The notes under the pieces: model-generated | What the model saw: the letters and a program-made list of their open reading frames with translations, nothing else | The model's database searches: none | What the model was told of the DNA's origin: nothing | Shown: positions 9,177-11,946 of the stretch, in pieces | Numbering within the stretch: position 1 is the stretch's first letter | Layout: every line of letters starts with the position of its first letter | Source of the DNA: a virus | Lineage: Duplodnaviria; Heunggongvirae; Uroviricota; Caudoviricetes | DNA length: 11,946 bases | Direction: 5' to 3' (one strand) | Virus record (IMG/VR): IMGVR_UViG_2585427728_000004 | Made by a program: the position numbers and the translations under genes

Positions 9177-10136
9177 TTAATTCACCATCAGTCTTAGAGC
9201 CAGTTCTTCCGGATAGGGATCGAAGTAGTTCTGTGTAAGCAAGTAATCATTAGGATACTCACCCAGATAATGCTTCAGCAGAGTCAACGGCGCAAGAAGA
9301 GGCAATGTGCCAAAGCGATAGTTAAGTATAACCTCGCTCAACTCTTTACGCTGGCGTGTACTTAAGTAATTACTAAAATACCCCTGTATATGCATCAGCA
9401 CATTCGTGTGATTTTTACGTGATGCTGGTTTTCTGAGAATCGCCATCAGATTATCACGATACACCTCAAAGTATGATTCAAGGTCCGCCCACTCGTGTAT
9501 TGCAGCCACAAATGGTCCCATATCTTTATAGCCTGCCTGGCTATGCGCCAACAACTGAAGCTTATAACGACTATGAAAAGCTAATAACTCTCTTCTTGAT
9601 AATTTCTCCTTGTAAAGGTGATTGAGCTCATGCAAAGCAAAAACTCTTTCAATAAAATTCTCACGAAGCACTGGATCATGTAATCGCCCATCCTCTTCAA
9701 CCGGTAGCCAGGAAAACTTTTCCATCAAAGTGCTCGTAAATAGTCCCACTCCATCTTTACGACCTCGATTACCATTTTCATCATAGACACGCACGCGCTC
9801 CATGCCACAGCTGGGAGATTTAGCACAAACCACAAACCCCGATACATCCTTTAATTTGTCCATATAAGAACGACTAAACTCTGTCATTCTCTCTGTCACA
9901 TCCTCATTCTGGTCGTGGCTGAAACACATCCGTATATTTCCTTGCTTCGAGCGCACAAGTCGTAGAGCAGGACGCGGAACTGGCAGCCCTATAGCCATTT
10001 CCGGACATACTGGTCTGAATGTTACCCATTCCACTAATTTGTCCATTAAAAAGTCATCTCTTTTGTGACCACCATCAAAACGAACAGCAGAACCGCCCAA
10101 ACAACCGCTGATCCCAATCACAGGTTTTTTTATCAT
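9177..10136 (-). CDS. DUF523/DUF1722 fusion protein (TudS-like putative [4Fe-4S] thionucleobase desulfidase with YbgA-like domain)
   Basis: N-terminal MIKKPVIGISGCLGGSAVRFDGGHKRD with three spaced cysteines (GISGC, PVCPE, SPSCG) as in DUF523/TudS; the C-terminal half resembles DUF1722 (YbgA). Strong GGGGGAGGAA Shine-Dalgarno 4 nt upstream of the ATG. Confidence 0.8.
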   Translation of the reverse strand: MIKKPVIGISGCLGGSAVRFDGGHKRDDFLMDKLVEWVTFRPVCPEMAIGLPVPRPALRLVRSKQGNIRMCFSHDQNEDVTERMTEFSRSYMDKLKDVSGFVVCAKSPSCGMERVRVYDENGNRGRKDGVGLFTSTLMEKFSWLPVEEDGRLHDPVLRENFIERVFALHELNHLYKEKLSRRELLAFHSRYKLQLLAHSQAGYKDMGPFVAAIHEWADLESYFEVYRDNLMAILRKPASRKNHTNVLMHIQGYFSNYLSTRQRKELSEVILNYRFGTLPLLAPLTLLKHYLGEYPNDYLLTQNYFDPYPEELALRLMVN

Positions 10137-10328
10137 TTCCTCCCCCTTGACTAATTCATTAACACATAAACTTTGTAGTGCACGGACTAAATTGCCTTTC
10201 TGGCTTCATCACTGACAATTTTTCTGTTATTGACTATTCCTAATATAGTAGGAAAGTTCTTTAAGTGATCGGTCGTACTCATCTATCTTTCATACTTACT
10301 CTCAACTATCAAAAGTACAGGATTTATT
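10137..10328. promoter_or_regulatory. Divergent intergenic region between the DUF523/DUF1722 gene and the lipocalin gene; presumed to hold both promoters
   Basis: 192-bp gap between divergently oriented starts; contains TTGACT- and TATAGT-like hexamers but no confident -35/-10 pairing by eye. Confidence 0.3.
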
Positions 10329-10853
10329 ATGAAGTTATGGCCTGTGTTGACTGGCATTGCACTCTCTTTCACTCTTATAGCATGTAAGGCCCCGACACCA
10401 CCTAAAGGTGTGCAGCCGATTACAAATTTTGACGCCAACCGCTACCTCGGAAAATGGTATGAAATAGCTCGCCTCGAGAACTGGTTCGAACGTGGTCTGG
10501 AACAGGTCAGCGCTACTTATGAAAAACGGAACGACGGAGGGATTCGCGTACTTAACCGTGGATACGATCCAACGAAAAACAAATGGAGCGAGAGCGAAGG
10601 TAAAGCATACTTTACTGGAGATACTAAAACTGCAGCGTTGAAAGTTTCGTTTTTTGGCCCCTTCTATGGTGGCTATAATGTAATCAAACTGGATGATGAG
10701 TATAAGTATGCTCTTGTCAGTGGTCCGAACAGAGAATACCTATGGATTCTGGCAAGGACCCAAACTATTCCAGATAATGTAAAAGCAGACTATGTGCGTA
10801 CCGCTCAAAAGTTGGGATTCAATGTCAATGAACTATTATGGGTTAAACAATAA
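10329..10853 (+). CDS. Bacterial lipocalin Blc-like outer-membrane lipoprotein (174 aa)
   Basis: Signal peptide with LIAC lipobox (MKLWPVLTGIALSFTLIAC), then Blc motifs NFDANRYLGKWYEIARLENWFERGLEQVSATY and GKAYFTGDTKTAALKVSFFGPFYGGYNVIKLD...YLWILARTQ. AGGA Shine-Dalgarno upstream. Only plus-strand gene in the window. Confidence 0.85.
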   Translation: MKLWPVLTGIALSFTLIACKAPTPPKGVQPITNFDANRYLGKWYEIARLENWFERGLEQVSATYEKRNDGGIRVLNRGYDPTKNKWSESEGKAYFTGDTKTAALKVSFFGPFYGGYNVIKLDDEYKYALVSGPNREYLWILARTQTIPDNVKADYVRTAQKLGFNVNELLWVKQ

Positions 10854-10881
10854 AATCCCCACCCGAAATGATACTTATTAG

Positions 10882-10908
10882 AAAAAAACCAGCCTTTGGG
10901 GAGGCTGG
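10882..10908 (-). terminator. Intrinsic terminator ~100 nt downstream of the Q gene (tR'-like candidate)
   Basis: Plus strand gaaaaaaaCCAGCCTttggggAGGCTGG; on the minus strand a 7-bp GC-rich stem with 6-nt loop is followed by UUUUUUUU. No T-run follows on the plus strand, so it is unidirectional. Confidence 0.5.
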
Positions 10909-11008
10909 CTAAATCAGGAAACAAGCTGTTATATGATAATAACTACGTTGCGATTCCAACATTTAAAATGTTAGACTAATGAAAATCAGACAGCAACTTT
11001 TCCTTTAA

Positions 11009-11386
11009 TTATTTCGAACAATCAGCATCCATCTCCAATCGGAGATCCAACACCATCAGCATGCCCTCCACTACGCCCTCAGCTTTCTGGAGCATCCTGC
11101 CAACCCAACAATCAGATCGCCCATGCTTACGTGCAAGCGCCATAAAAGTCATGCCGCCGACATAATAGTCCACCAATAAATCATGTAAATCGCTGTTGTT
11201 TTTTTTCAGGCGAGCCATACATTCACAAATGATCATCGCGTCATCGTCACAGCATTGCGGACGAGATCTTACTTTTGAAGGAATTAATCCCTTAAAACCG
11301 GCGGCAATGGACGACCAGGTCACATCTTCATGATTATTAGCCGCCCATGCCCCCCAACGCTCAAGAACCATCTGAATATCACGCAT
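11009..11386 (-). CDS. Late-gene antitermination protein Q (short QuuD/phage-82-type, ~125 aa)
   Basis: [24 protein letters not shown]...[18 protein letters not shown]... matches the short Q antiterminator family with its cysteine cluster; GGAG Shine-Dalgarno 9 nt before the ATG at 11386. The ORF-track start at 11401 is TTG. Confidence 0.75.
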   Translation of the reverse strand: MRDIQMVLERWGAWAANNHEDVTWSSIAAGFKGLIPSKVRSRPQCCDDDAMIICECMARLKKNNSDLHDLLVDYYVGGMTFMALARKHGRSDCWVGRMLQKAEGVVEGMLMVLDLRLEMDADCSK

Positions 11387-11403
11387 CAACTTACTCCACA
11401 AAA

Positions 11404-11946
11404 TTAGGCCAGCACACCAATTGCCAGCGCGCGATCGATAAATCGAAAAATCAGCTCCAGTTGGGAGCCATACTTCTCTTCAAATGCCACGGTATCCGTA
11501 TGCAACTCGTCGTGATGCTTTCTGCACAAAGGCAAAACAAAGAGATCATGTGCTTTGGTTCCCATTCCGCCCTGCCCGTGACCAATCAGATGATGCGGAT
11601 CGTCGGCTGGCATACCATATCGGTGAATAACGGTTTCGCTGTGATGATAATCGCCGTGTGGCCACTGGCAGGATTTAATATGGCGCAACAGCCAGTCAGA
11701 CAATGCACCAGCACCACCAGCAGCACGAATTACCCGTGCGTTACTGAAAAACGGCAGCAATGTTTTGTCTTCCACCAGCGGCTGGCGAACGGCAGGAACG
11801 ACCCCGGACGGCAGATTACGCATGCTTTTCGGTTCCGGCTCCACCAGTACCCGGGTATTGTGGAATACCGGCATGGATTCACGGCCCGGCTTAACGACCA
11901 CCAGCCCGAGTTCCGGTACCAGAACAGGTCGAAGTAATACCCGCAC
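11404..11946 (-). CDS. DUF968-family prophage protein (YdfU-like), C-terminal ~180 aa; gene continues beyond the window end
   Basis: ORF runs off the window edge; contains the HNH/zinc-like motif [28 protein letters not shown] and sits immediately upstream of Q as ydfU does in Qin. Confidence 0.6.
   Translation of the reverse strand: MRVLLRPVLVPELGLVVVKPGRESMPVFHNTRVLVEPEPKSMRNLPSGVVPAVRQPLVEDKTLLPFFSNARVIRAAGGAGALSDWLLRHIKSCQWPHGDYHHSETVIHRYGMPADDPHHLIGHGQGGMGTKAHDLFVLPLCRKHHDELHTDTVAFEEKYGSQLELIFRFIDRALAIGVLA

Noticed and set aside
11347-11937. 196-aa plus-strand ORF antisense to the DUF968 and Q genes
   Set aside because: Antisense to two genes with clear family motifs; the translation is low-complexity with no recognisable domain.

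Overview
This window reads as a segment of a defective lambdoid prophage (Qin/DLP12-like, Escherichia/Shigella-type) abutting a host gene. All identifications come from reading the six-frame translations against remembered protein families; no database search was run. Nearly everything is on the minus strand. From left to right: a 5'-truncated mannitol-dehydrogenase-family gene (1..~1368); a side-tail-fiber C-terminal remnant fused to it (~1338..1930); a C-terminally truncated terminase large subunit (1855..3339); terminase small subunit (3339..3833); a lambda-like cos site about 190 bp upstream of it (~4008..4019); a small prophage ORF (4386..4592); three monocistronic cold-shock-type genes gnsB, ynfN and cspI; a phage-21-type lysis cassette with Rz/Rz1 spanins, a frameshifted SAR endolysin, ydfR and a dual-start pinholin (6312..7866); a Q antiterminator (11009..11386) and a partial DUF968 gene running off the window end. 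The most interesting part is an AT-rich three-gene cargo module between the holin and Q (8057..10853), the slot where Stx phages carry stx: an AraC-family regulator, a DUF523/DUF1722 (TudS/YbgA-like) putative Fe-S desulfidase, and a plus-strand Blc-like lipocalin lipoprotein, bracketed by two minus-strand intrinsic terminators. I saw no rRNA, tRNA, CRISPR array or transposase.
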